The notes beneath the pieces are model-generated. The model was not told the origin of the DNA. It saw only the letters and a program-made list of their open reading frames with translations, and did no database searches. Shown piece after piece: positions 17,876-26,280 of a DNA stretch of 36,447 nucleotides. Source of the DNA: a virus (Duplodnaviria > Caudoviricetes); IMG/VR virus record IMGVR_UViG_3300005512_002967, positions 1 to 36,447 of that record; one strand, 5' to 3'. Position 1 is the stretch's first letter, and each line of letters begins with the position of its first letter. A program made the translations under genes and the position numbers.

Positions 17876-18008
17876 GCCTAACATTACTGATAAACAACTG
17901 TTTGAGTGGATGGCTTACTGGAAAGAGATGCCAATCCAAGATCAAGTTAACTTAATACGCAAATACATCTTGGAGCAGATAGTCAAAAAAGATGACAAAA
18001 GAGATTGA
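17862..18008 (+). CDS. Hypothetical protein, 48 aa (not in ORF track)
   Basis: MKYIKPNITD...; preceded by AGGAG; fills the gap. Confidence 0.5.
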   Translation: MKYIKPNITDKQLFEWMAYWKEMPIQDQVNLIRKYILEQIVKKDDKRD

Positions 18009-18273
18009 AATAAAACCACTAACCAAAAGACAAAGAGAGGCAATACTAGACAGAGACGACCACACATCACAAATGCGCACATATTCAGAAGAAAAGGGCT
18101 GGCACTTAGCTTCCTACTGTGATAATCCAGAAGATTGTAACGACCTTCAAGTCCACCACATCAAACCTAGAAGAAAATGTAAGACCCAAGAGGAAGCAGA
18201 TAATCCACGCAATTTAATTACTTTGTTTTCCTGCCTACATACTGGAATTTGTAAGAAAAGGAGGATCAAATGA
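17992..18273 (+). CDS. HNH endonuclease-like protein
   Basis: ILDRDDHT...LQVHHIKP...NLITL..CLH. Confidence 0.7.
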   Translation: MTKEIEIKPLTKRQREAILDRDDHTSQMRTYSEEKGWHLASYCDNPEDCNDLQVHHIKPRRKCKTQEEADNPRNLITLFSCLHTGICKKRRIK

Positions 18274-18545
18274 CCGAAAAATACGCAGATGGTAAGTTTG
18301 TGGTACATCCTGACATTAAAGATGCTTTTAAAAAATACAAAGGCAGGGAAGTTGGTGGTGATTCACTGCAGAGGACATTTAGGTTTAGAAATGCAATGCT
18401 TGATGCCTGTGAGGATATTGTCTATTGGGATGGCGATCATGATGTTGAAATGAAGGAAATAGCAGAAGAGAGAACAGTTACCAAGGCAACTGCTGGCTGG
18501 AGATATCCAAAACGTATGTTTAGAAGACAGAAAAAAGAAAAGTAG
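18270..18545 (+). CDS. Hypothetical protein
   Basis: AGGAGG SD; ATGA coupling to the HNH gene. Confidence 0.65.
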   Translation: MTEKYADGKFVVHPDIKDAFKKYKGREVGGDSLQRTFRFRNAMLDACEDIVYWDGDHDVEMKEIAEERTVTKATAGWRYPKRMFRRQKKEK

Positions 18546-18560
18546 TATAATACAAACAAG

Positions 18561-18806
18561 ATGTCTAAAGAAAAGGACAGAATTTCCCAAGATTTGATAG
18601 AGAATGTTAATGGAATGTTGTCATCTGATATATCAACGATTGATGTTTATCGCAATGCTGTAGCAAATCAAGCAAGAATGGGAATGCTTGCCGAAGATGC
18701 AATAATGAGAGGCGAGGATAGAGAAGATTTAAATGAAATGATGCAACAAAACGCAGGTATTATTCATGTACTTGGTAATTTATTAAGAGGTAAAAAACTA
18801 AACTAA
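18561..18806 (+). CDS. Hypothetical protein
   Basis: ORF in tight operon packing. Confidence 0.6.
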   Translation: MSKEKDRISQDLIENVNGMLSSDISTIDVYRNAVANQARMGMLAEDAIMRGEDREDLNEMMQQNAGIIHVLGNLLRGKKLN

Positions 18807-19036
18807 TGGCTATTAAAGAAAAACTTAACTTAAACGGCATAGACCTTACATTTAAAGGATGGAGATTTAAAAGAGCTAGAGGGCATGACTTACCAGCACA
18901 GTTAAGAGGTAAGGATGTATCAATACCACAAGAAGCCTTATACACCGATTCAAACGGCACAGAGATAGGTTTTCATGCAGACAATCCAATTATTAAACAA
19001 GAAAAAAGTGTCATCTTTAAAAGAAAGCATAAATAG
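18806..19036 (+). CDS. Hypothetical protein
   Basis: TAATG coupling. Confidence 0.6.
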   Translation: MAIKEKLNLNGIDLTFKGWRFKRARGHDLPAQLRGKDVSIPQEALYTDSNGTEIGFHADNPIIKQEKSVIFKRKHK

Positions 19037-19199
19037 TTTAAAAGATTGGCAACTGTCTCATTGGTTTAAGACAGGTGAGATTCCAATAGTTAAAGAGGGA
19101 GAAAAACCTCCTTATGCTGAAGTGTATGAAGATGATGTAATTGATATTTACAACGACCAACCAGACTGGTATCACAGAGACAATGAAGGAAAGAGTTGA
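18975..19199 (+). CDS. Hypothetical protein (start uncertain)
   Basis: Fills the 19036-19183 gap; acidic C-terminal half. Confidence 0.4.
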   Translation: MQTIQLLNKKKVSSLKESINSLKDWQLSHWFKTGEIPIVKEGEKPPYAEVYEDDVIDIYNDQPDWYHRDNEGKS

Positions 19200-19326
19200 T
19201 CGTTTAAAGAGTGGGGATCGTGATACTTGGAGCAAAGAACTTAAGAAGGGGAAAAAATATTCACAGATTGTAGAGGAGATTGTAAAAAAGATCAAAGATG
19301 ATAAAGTGGACAGTAGCAAGAAGTAG
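19183..19326 (+). CDS. Hypothetical protein, 47 aa
   Basis: MKERVDRLKSG...; last ORF of the operon. Confidence 0.45.
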   Translation: MKERVDRLKSGDRDTWSKELKKGKKYSQIVEEIVKKIKDDKVDSSKK

Positions 19327-19407
19327 GTAACTCGTTATGAGTTCTTTTCGCCATTGGCTACTTCACATCCTTGCTAAATATTGATCCGTCAATCAATAAT
19401 ACCCTGT

Positions 19408-19436
19408 ATGGTATCATACTATATCAATTCTGTCAA
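19408..19436 (-). promoter_or_regulatory. Putative leftward sigma70 promoter
   Basis: Minus strand reads TTGACA-N17-TACCAT with an extended TG. Confidence 0.5.
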
Positions 19437-19483
19437 TCATGGTGTTTAACTGCTAATAGACAACTGTTATATAATAACCCTAC

Positions 19484-19540
19484 AAGCCCCCATCTAGTGA
19501 GTATCTCGGTAAACTCATTATTGACGGGGGCTTTTTGTTT
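19484..19540 (+). terminator. Long hairpin plus T-tract
   Basis: AAGCCCCC...GGGGGCTT outer stem, TAGTGAGT/ACTCATTA inner stem, then TTTTTGTTT. Confidence 0.65.
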
Positions 19541-19589
19541 ATAAGGGACATAAGGATAAGGGATATAAATCTGATACAGAAAGATATAG

Positions 19590-19623
19590 TTGACATGAGA
19601 GGGGCTACTTGTTACAGTAGCCC
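19590..19623 (+). promoter_or_regulatory. Promoter of the replication operon with an overlapping inverted repeat (operator candidate)
   Basis: TTGACA-N17-TACAGT; GGGCTACT-N6-AGTAGCCC overlaps the -10. Confidence 0.6.
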
Positions 19624-19624
19624 T

Positions 19625-19888
19625 ATGAAAACTCTCAATGATATTTTATCAGATACACAAGGAAACTTTTCAATCAAAGATGTGGCGGGAGCTTTTAGAG
19701 TAAATGAAAATACAGTGTCTAAATGGGTTTATGCGGGAAAATTAAAGGCTGAAAAGGTTGGTGGAGTATGGGTAATAAGAGGAAAATGGGTTAGTGAACA
19801 TATTCAAAATAATCAGAGTGGTGATTTTAAGAGTTTAGCGGAAATAATGGAGGGTTATAAATTACCTTTTGAAAGAGATGAAGAGTAG
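19625..19888 (+). CDS. Excisionase/MerR-like (HTH_17) DNA-binding protein
   Basis: FSIKDVAGAFRVNENTVSKWVYAGKLKAEKVGGVWVI. ATG 19625 preferred as start. Confidence 0.8.
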   Translation: MKTLNDILSDTQGNFSIKDVAGAFRVNENTVSKWVYAGKLKAEKVGGVWVIRGKWVSEHIQNNQSGDFKSLAEIMEGYKLPFERDEE

Positions 19889-20282
19889 AAAAGGGTTTAT
19901 TTTTTATAAGAGTTTTTACGATGCAATTAAGGTTTTAGATGATGATGATGACAAACTTTTTCTTTATGAAATGATAGTTTTTTATGGAATTTATGGAAGA
20001 AAAGCGGGCAAAAAATGGAAAAAAATGGAAGAAAAGTGGAAGAAAAACGAAAAAAAGAGCGTAACAAAAATGATCTTTATGTTAATAAAACCTCAACTTG
20101 ACGCTAACTGGAATAAATATGAAAACGGGAAAAAGGGCGGTGAGTATGGAAAACTAGGAGGTAGACCAAAAACCCCTAAGGGGTTATCTAAAAATAACCC
20201 CACAGAAACCCCTAAAGAAAAAGAAAAAGAAAAAGAAAAAGAAAAAGAAATTAATAAAGCATTTAATCCAAATATTTTTTAA
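19878..20282 (+). CDS. DUF6291-domain replication initiator-like protein
   Basis: FIFYKSFYDAI...IKPQLD...NGKKGG..GGRPK and a (KE)6 tract; directly upstream of the helicase. Confidence 0.7.
   Translation: MKSRKGFIFYKSFYDAIKVLDDDDDKLFLYEMIVFYGIYGRKAGKKWKKMEEKWKKNEKKSVTKMIFMLIKPQLDANWNKYENGKKGGEYGKLGGRPKTPKGLSKNNPTETPKEKEKEKEKEKEINKAFNPNIF
20214..20249 (+). repeat. (AAAGAA)6 tandem repeat encoding (KE)6
   Basis: Seen directly in the sequence. Confidence 0.9.
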
Positions 20283-20288
20283 ATTACT

Positions 20289-21533
20289 ATGAACAATAAT
20301 CCAAACCGTCGTCTACTCGAAAAAGTTATTACTATCTCTTTTCTTTTAAGAGGAAAAGAATTAAGTAAGTGGATTAAGTTTGTCGATGTTAAGGATTATG
20401 TTTTTGATATTCATAGAAAAATAGCACGGGCAGTACTCGGACTTGCTCGTAAAGATATTTGTGTGGATTTGTCTACGGTAATTAATTTTGACCCTAGTCT
20501 ATCTGCAGGAGAGTTAGCAGGGATGATCGCTGAGATTACAGATAAATTCTCAATGGGTGATTTATCCGCTGAGAATATCCCAAAACGAATTAAACAACTC
20601 AAAGAAATCAATTTAATTGAGTCGGCTAAAAAAGGTGAAGACATTTCAACCATCAGCCAGAAGATTGACGAGCTATCACGCCAAGGGTTAGATAAATTAC
20701 TCACACCAGAGGAGGTGGTGCAGAGAGCGTGCGAAATTATTGAGGAAAAAAACACTAAGCAGGAGGTAATGGTTAAGTATCCGTTTAAATTACTTAACGG
20801 TGCTACTCGTGGTATTCACAAAGGTCAGATGATTGTTGTGGCAGGTAGGCCAAGTGTTGGCAAGAGTGTGTTCTTGCAGAACATGGCTTTAACTAATCTC
20901 CTTGAAGGAAAAAGTGTTTTATTTGCCACAGCAGAAATGAGTATTGACTCTATGATTTTAAGATTTATGAGCCAATTATCAGGACAGAACTTGTTTTATA
21001 AAACCGAAGGAATTAAACCAGAGCATATAAAAGATTTTTGGAAGGATAAAAAACTATTCATGCACCAGTTTACATCAACCCATGAGCTTGAAGAGAAGCT
21101 TTTAGATCACAAGATTGACATAATTTACATTGACTATCTGCAAATTTTAACTCCAAAAAGTGGAAAGTTTACGGGGCTAAACGATAAGACCTCGCTTATT
21201 GTTGGTGATTTAGTGGACATAAAAAACAAATTTGATATTCCCGTGGTATGTGCCAGCCAGTTTAACCGAAATGCTGTAGATCAACCTTCAATGGCGGATT
21301 TATACCAATCAGGCAAGATTGAACAGGCGGCGGATGTAATTATTTCTTTGTATCGAGATAAAGATGATAAAGATATTAAAAATATGCGTAAAATTAGGAT
21401 TGATTTGCTTAAAAATAGAAATGGTATGACGTTTTGGAATGGTAGTGTTAAAACTTATTTTCTTTGGTTTGATGGAAATAGTTTTAGTTTTTGTGAGGAT
21501 GAGAAGCATTATGCTGAAGAAATATTTAAATAA
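20289..21533 (+). CDS. dnaB: DnaB-like replicative helicase
   Basis: Walker A GRPSVGKS, AEM, IDYLQ, SQFNR, SGKIEQAAD and KNRNG. Confidence 0.92.
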   Translation: MNNNPNRRLLEKVITISFLLRGKELSKWIKFVDVKDYVFDIHRKIARAVLGLARKDICVDLSTVINFDPSLSAGELAGMIAEITDKFSMGDLSAENIPKRIKQLKEINLIESAKKGEDISTISQKIDELSRQGLDKLLTPEEVVQRACEIIEEKNTKQEVMVKYPFKLLNGATRGIHKGQMIVVAGRPSVGKSVFLQNMALTNLLEGKSVLFATAEMSIDSMILRFMSQLSGQNLFYKTEGIKPEHIKDFWKDKKLFMHQFTSTHELEEKLLDHKIDIIYIDYLQILTPKSGKFTGLNDKTSLIVGDLVDIKNKFDIPVVCASQFNRNAVDQPSMADLYQSGKIEQAADVIISLYRDKDDKDIKNMRKIRIDLLKNRNGMTFWNGSVKTYFLWFDGNSFSFCEDEKHYAEEIFK

Positions 21534-21548
21534 ACGAGGCTAATCTAC

Positions 21549-21595
21549 TACTTGACACATTCCACAAAAGGAAGTAATATATACACAGTTATCAA
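21549..21595 (+). promoter_or_regulatory. Duplicated promoter, copy 1
   Basis: TTGACA-N17-TAATAT; 28 bp identical to 25929-25956. Confidence 0.8.
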
Positions 21596-21608
21596 ATTAG
21601 ACAAAAAT

Positions 21609-22172
21609 ATGAGCTTTTTACCAAAAGACTACAAAGAACCATCAGTTAGCAATTATATGCGTCTCTCAGACGGTGAGAACCGCTTTAGAGTGCTTTCAAG
21701 TGCCATTGTCGGTATGGAGTACTGGAAACAGGTCGGAGAGTCAAGAAAGCCCATTAGAAAGCGTCAGGGAGAGGCTATACCTGTAGGCGAGCTTGAAGTG
21801 AATCAAAACACTCAAGAATTAGAGAAACCAAAACATTTCTGGGCTTTTGTTGTTTACAACTACCAAGAAGAAGCAATTCAGATTTTAGAGATTACTCAAA
21901 AGACAATTCAACAGGCAATGTCCGCATATGTTAATAATCCAAAATGGGGCGATCCTAAAGAGTATGACTTTATCATTACCAGAACAGGTGAAAAGTTTGA
22001 CACTGTTTACACAGTAACAGTCGACCCAAAAGAAACTTTGAATAAAGGAATTACACAACTCTACAAGGATATGAATATTGATCTTGATCAACTGTTCTTG
22101 GGTGGTGATCCGTTCAATACTCAATCAGAATCAGACAAGGTGGCTGATGAAGTTGCCGAAGTGATGAAATGA
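21609..22172 (+). CDS. Single-stranded DNA-binding protein (gp32-like)
   Basis: L.DGENRFRVL, FWAFVVYNY, YDFIITRTG..DT.Y and an acidic C-tail. ATG 21609 chosen because the TTG at 21552 is the -35 box. Confidence 0.6.
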   Translation: MSFLPKDYKEPSVSNYMRLSDGENRFRVLSSAIVGMEYWKQVGESRKPIRKRQGEAIPVGELEVNQNTQELEKPKHFWAFVVYNYQEEAIQILEITQKTIQQAMSAYVNNPKWGDPKEYDFIITRTGEKFDTVYTVTVDPKETLNKGITQLYKDMNIDLDQLFLGGDPFNTQSESDKVADEVAEVMK

Positions 22173-22206
22173 TTTAAAAGATAGTTATCAATCAAAAAGA
22201 CAACAA

Positions 22207-22707
22207 ATGACTTATCACAAAAACAATAACTTTAATTACAACAGACGTAATAAATACGCAACAATAGGAGCATGGTTTTTGCTCTTAATGGCAGTATTGC
22301 TTTTCTTTGGCTTTCTTAAAAGCAAAGAGGTTGATAAAAAGGTTGTTTTACCAGTAAAAGCAGAAGAGAAGAACGAGGTAATAATTAGTTGTGATACTCC
22401 CAAGGGGTATTTAGAGTGCCAAGTTTACAAGGGGGTTATAACTTGGAAAGACCACGACAAACTATATCGTCTAGTTGATGAATGTGAGAATAGATCATGG
22501 GACACAAACGCTACTCATATAAATGTTCATAAAAACGGGCGTATATCAACAGATAGGGGAATATTCATGGTAAACGACTATTATCACCCAAAGTTAAGCA
22601 ATCAAGACGCTTTTGACTTCAAGAAAAATATAGATTATGCAATTAGCCTTTACAAGAAACAAGGTGTTAAACCTTGGGCTTGTGCAAGGATTTTAAATAT
22701 AAAATGA
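22207..22707 (+). CDS. Membrane-anchored lysozyme-like / lytic transglycosylase-like protein
   Basis: N-terminal TM; CE...A..N...TDRGIFMVN...N.DYA..LY...PW.C. Confidence 0.7.
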   Translation: MTYHKNNNFNYNRRNKYATIGAWFLLLMAVLLFFGFLKSKEVDKKVVLPVKAEEKNEVIISCDTPKGYLECQVYKGVITWKDHDKLYRLVDECENRSWDTNATHINVHKNGRISTDRGIFMVNDYYHPKLSNQDAFDFKKNIDYAISLYKKQGVKPWACARILNIK

Positions 22708-23030
22708 AAATAGATAGAAACAACAAACCAATATCCATTGACTTTGATGGTGTATTACACAAATGTTCAAAAGGATATCAAAACGGTGAGATTTATGATG
22801 AGCCAACAGAGGGGGCGGCATGGACTTGTCATAATCTTGCTAAAAAGTTTACTCTAATTGTAATGACTGCACGCCCAAAGAAGGAGCATAAAATGGTTGA
22901 AGAGTGGCTTGATAAACACGGCTTTCCTAAAATGTTAGTTACCAATAAAAAATATAATTCTCGTGCGTATATCGATGATCGGGCCATCCGCTTCACGGCT
23001 TGGCATGATGTTGTTAAATACTTTTTATAA
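22704..23030 (+). CDS. HAD-superfamily phosphatase (nucleotidase-like)
   Basis: IDFDGVL, TAR, K and YIDDRA motifs I-IV. Confidence 0.8.
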   Translation: MKIDRNNKPISIDFDGVLHKCSKGYQNGEIYDEPTEGAAWTCHNLAKKFTLIVMTARPKKEHKMVEEWLDKHGFPKMLVTNKKYNSRAYIDDRAIRFTAWHDVVKYFL

Positions 23031-23737
23031 TGTTTAACCCAATAGAAACTATCGAAACGGTGGGGATTCAGTCAAGAATAGAAATAGGAGACCTTGGTCT
23101 TATTCCTGCTATTAAAAAGACTTTCGGAGAGAACCTAACACAGGAGCAAAGAGTTGAGATGGTTGTTGCTATGGATAAGTTTAGGAATGAATTGGAAAGA
23201 CGCGGTATAAATACACCAAAAAACTTTGAGACAAATCTAACTAATACAAGTATAGAAACAGTAGATGAGTTTATCGACTTACCAGACCTAGACAAGCAAC
23301 TAAAAAACGGTGAAGGGCTTGAAGGATTTGCCCATGTTGTCTTAAAACTGGTTGATCTTGATGGATCAATAGCAATAGACGCAAAGCCTGCAAATTGGGT
23401 ATGTAATGATGATATTACTTTTATTGACTTCTACCCTCCAACATTAAACGTCGGCGGTAATGTAGAACCCTTTATCCCACAAGCATATAAACGCCCTCAA
23501 GAGCTGTTTAATTTTAACTACATAGACCCACGGGGACAGATCACCAAGTTATTAGCAGGGGCAAGGTTTACTTATCCCGACAGATTACAAGATTTGGAGG
23601 ATATAGCTTTGGCTTGTTGTGTTGGAACGCCTTATTATGAGTATATTGAGGAGCAAATAGCTAACGGTTATCCTGATATGAATTTGTTTTATGGAGGAGA
23701 TGATGAAAAGGCGATTAACAGACTAAAACAACTATGA
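23030..23737 (+). CDS. Protein-kinase-like fold enzyme
   Basis: AIKK (beta3 Lys), DAKPANW catalytic loop and FIDF (DFG-equivalent). Confidence 0.55.
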   Translation: MFNPIETIETVGIQSRIEIGDLGLIPAIKKTFGENLTQEQRVEMVVAMDKFRNELERRGINTPKNFETNLTNTSIETVDEFIDLPDLDKQLKNGEGLEGFAHVVLKLVDLDGSIAIDAKPANWVCNDDITFIDFYPPTLNVGGNVEPFIPQAYKRPQELFNFNYIDPRGQITKLLAGARFTYPDRLQDLEDIALACCVGTPYYEYIEEQIANGYPDMNLFYGGDDEKAINRLKQL

Positions 23738-24195
23738 AGCAAATGACACGCAAACAGTATGATAAATGGATTAAGACACTAGACCCTCACATTTGTACTT
23801 TTTGCGATCCAAGCAAACAAATAATTTTAAAAGAGTTTGAAAACTGGATATGGGTGGCAAACCTCGCCCCTTATTGGCCATATCATACGATGATCGTATC
23901 TCGCAGACACTTTGAAAAGTATTCTGATATGACCATGCAAGAAGCAGGAGAGTTGGTTAAGGTAATTGATTACGGAGAAAAGAAAATAATAGACGCTAAA
24001 ATAATCCGAGAAGATGGAACACAAATTAAAAAGGTTGTTTATTTTTGGAGATTTAGACTTGATAGATTGGATAGGGCAAGTGGAACGGTTAGACCTAACC
24101 ACTTCCACCTACACCTAACACCTGATAAAGATCATTTGTGGGATAGTCTTATTGATAGTAAAGCGATTAAAAACGACTTAACAAAGCTTCTATGA
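23734..24195 (+). CDS. HIT-family nucleotide hydrolase/transferase
   Basis: CTFC, N.APY...H.MI..RRH and the HFHLH histidine triad. Confidence 0.85.
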   Translation: MKQMTRKQYDKWIKTLDPHICTFCDPSKQIILKEFENWIWVANLAPYWPYHTMIVSRRHFEKYSDMTMQEAGELVKVIDYGEKKIIDAKIIREDGTQIKKVVYFWRFRLDRLDRASGTVRPNHFHLHLTPDKDHLWDSLIDSKAIKNDLTKLL

Positions 24196-24467
24196 AAACA
24201 ACAGCATTAAACGCCAAGGCTAACCGAAAACTAAAAGAGTTATTCTTAAAAGAAAATAACTTAACTTGTGAGGTAAGGCTTGATAGTAAGTGTTGGGTAT
24301 CGGCTGTAACATTTGCTCACAGACATAAAAGAAACTGGTACAAAGGTAAACCAGAAGAGCTATTATGGAGTAGAGATCAGGTTATTTTGGCTTGCCCTTA
24401 CTGCCATGACAAAATGGAGAGGGATAAAGAACTAACAGAACAATTATTTAATAAATTAAGACCATGA
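24192..24467 (+). CDS. Small HNH-like zinc-binding nuclease
   Basis: CE....C...AHRH...ACPYCH. Confidence 0.55.
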   Translation: MKTTALNAKANRKLKELFLKENNLTCEVRLDSKCWVSAVTFAHRHKRNWYKGKPEELLWSRDQVILACPYCHDKMERDKELTEQLFNKLRP

Positions 24468-24817
24468 GATACAACAAATACGGTAACAAGAAAACAGAAA
24501 TTGACGGCATTAAGTTTGACTCTAAAGCCGAGGCTAACAGATACCTAGAACTTTCAATGCTTGTTAAATATAAAAAAATTAAAGACTTGGTACTACAGCC
24601 AGCGTTTGAACTTCAACCGTCATTTAAGAAGGACGGTAGGACAATAAGAGCCATTAAGTATTACGCAGATTTTGCATATTACGACATGGGGCTTGATGAG
24701 TATATAGTGGAAGATGTGAAAGCGTCATTGACATTCAAGACAGAAGTATATAAAATAAAGAAAAAGATGTTTGAGTATACTCATCCAAATATAAAAATTA
24801 CAGAAGTATATGGTTAA
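24464..24817 (+). CDS. DUF1064-family PD-(D/E)XK nuclease
   Basis: NKYGNKK.EIDGIKFDSKAEA, LQP.FEL, Y.ADF.Y and VEDVK. Confidence 0.88.
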   Translation: MRYNKYGNKKTEIDGIKFDSKAEANRYLELSMLVKYKKIKDLVLQPAFELQPSFKKDGRTIRAIKYYADFAYYDMGLDEYIVEDVKASLTFKTEVYKIKKKMFEYTHPNIKITEVYG

Positions 24818-25469
24818 AAAATGTGAGTATTGTGAGAACGAGTTTAATGTAATGTACAAGTCTTCAAAAAAAAGATTCTGCTCTCATGTATGTGCCAACA
24901 GGAGTAGTTCTTTAGCTAGGCGTAGGAGGATAAAATTAAACTGTGTTGTGTGTGACAAGGAATTTGAGATCACCTATGGGGCTTATATACACAGGTCAAA
25001 GACATCCATACCAAGGTTTTGCTCAGTTAAGTGTTTATCCGCTGGGATGAAGAAGAAAGAATTATGGCGAAGTGTGTCTTGTGATAATTGTGGCAATGTG
25101 TTCGAAAAGCTTATCTGTAGAATTAACAGGAAAAACTTTTGCTCGATGAAATGTAGGCACTCTTTCGCGAAGGAAAGATATTTTGACCTTGTACCAAAAA
25201 GAAAAAAGACAGGATATTGGTATGAGAACGGGTACAGGATTTTATATGATGACAAAAAAAATGGAATTAAAGAACACCGTAATATAATGGAGACACATCT
25301 TGGAAGAAAGTTAAAAAAAGATGAAGTTGTACATCACATAAATGGAAAGAGGGATGATAACCGCATAGAAAATTTAGAATTACTATCATGGTCAGAACAT
25401 AGTTCATTGCATAGAACAAAAGAAAAATTTGAAGGTAAACACTTATTTGGTGGACACAATAACAATTAA
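24810..25469 (+). CDS. HNH homing endonuclease with three N-terminal CxxC...CxxxC zinc fingers
   Basis: EHR.IME..LGRKL...EVVHHING.RDDNRIENL. Confidence 0.88.
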   Translation: MVKKCEYCENEFNVMYKSSKKRFCSHVCANRSSSLARRRRIKLNCVVCDKEFEITYGAYIHRSKTSIPRFCSVKCLSAGMKKKELWRSVSCDNCGNVFEKLICRINRKNFCSMKCRHSFAKERYFDLVPKRKKTGYWYENGYRILYDDKKNGIKEHRNIMETHLGRKLKKDEVVHHINGKRDDNRIENLELLSWSEHSSLHRTKEKFEGKHLFGGHNNN

Positions 25470-25484
25470 TAATTATTAAATAAA

Positions 25485-25709
25485 ATGAAAGAAAAAATAG
25501 GTTGGGCTTTACTAATTAGCTATTGGATTCTGTCGCTATGGAATGCGATCAACTATAGTCACTTGGGATATATCTTAGGACTTATATTTGTACCTTTTAT
25601 AACGATCCCATTACAGGTTATAAGTTCACTTTTTACAGACTTTAGTTATGCGATGATTGATGTCGTTTGGCTAGGTATCGGACTTTTATTATTAACAAAA
25701 AAAGATTAA
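25485..25709 (+). CDS. Small multi-TM membrane protein
   Basis: Predominantly hydrophobic, 74 aa. Confidence 0.6.
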   Translation: MKEKIGWALLISYWILSLWNAINYSHLGYILGLIFVPFITIPLQVISSLFTDFSYAMIDVVWLGIGLLLLTKKD

Positions 25710-25775
25710 AAATACCGCCAATGTGTTATCAAGGGAAACAACGCCCTACATTGACGGCAAGACATATTATACAAA

Positions 25776-25928
25776 ATGAATACAAAACAGGAAATAATTA
25801 AGTTACTAAAAGTCAAAGAATATAGACGCAAGTATACATCTGAACAGATAGCAAAGATTTTAGAGGATAGAGGTATTAAAGTGAGTAGCCGATACGTAAG
25901 ATACGTGGCTAATGAACTAAAAAACTGA
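25776..25928 (+). CDS. Small HTH DNA-binding protein, 50 aa (not in ORF track)
   Basis: MNTKQEIIKLL...YTSEQIAKILEDRGIKVSSRYVRYV. Confidence 0.65.
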   Translation: MNTKQEIIKLLKVKEYRRKYTSEQIAKILEDRGIKVSSRYVRYVANELKN

Positions 25929-25975
25929 TACTTGACACATTCCACAAAAGGAAGTATATTTAAGACAGTTATCAA
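25929..25975 (+). promoter_or_regulatory. Duplicated promoter, copy 2
   Basis: TTGACA-N17-TATATT; matches copy 1, including the downstream ACAGTTATCAA. Confidence 0.8.
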
Positions 25976-25987
25976 TCAATAAACAAC

Positions 25988-26173
25988 ATGAACAACATCC
26001 CACAAGATCTTGTTATTAAAGTGAAAAACGCTACTGATCTTTACCTTGCAGGTTTAGGACAGCCAGCAATAGAAGTAATCCCAGAATACCGTAAGATGAG
26101 TATAGAAGAGAAGCAAGCAGTTATCCTTGAGATGAACTTGCTAGAAAATCAGAAATTATCTATGGTTATATGA
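25988..26173 (+). CDS. Hypothetical protein
   Basis: First ORF after the promoter. Confidence 0.6.
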   Translation: MNNIPQDLVIKVKNATDLYLAGLGQPAIEVIPEYRKMSIEEKQAVILEMNLLENQKLSMVI

Positions 26174-26280
26174 AAAACTTTGAAATAATAGAAGTAAACG
26201 GAGTTAAGTATGTCAAACTTGACGAAGTGTTAAAGGAAGTCGATGAGATTATTAGAAAACTAGAAGAAGCTAAAAAATGA
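26170..26280 (+). CDS. Hypothetical protein, 36 aa
   Basis: ATGA-coupled on both sides. Confidence 0.55.
   Translation: MKNFEIIEVNGVKYVKLDEVLKEVDEIIRKLEEAKK

Noticed and set aside
19625-19888. Lysogeny module (excisionase)
   Set aside because: No integrase, CI-like repressor or att site is seen; the HTH is more likely a regulator.
25706-25975. 89-aa minus-strand ORF
   Set aside because: It is antisense to a better + strand HTH ORF (25776-25928) and to a promoter.
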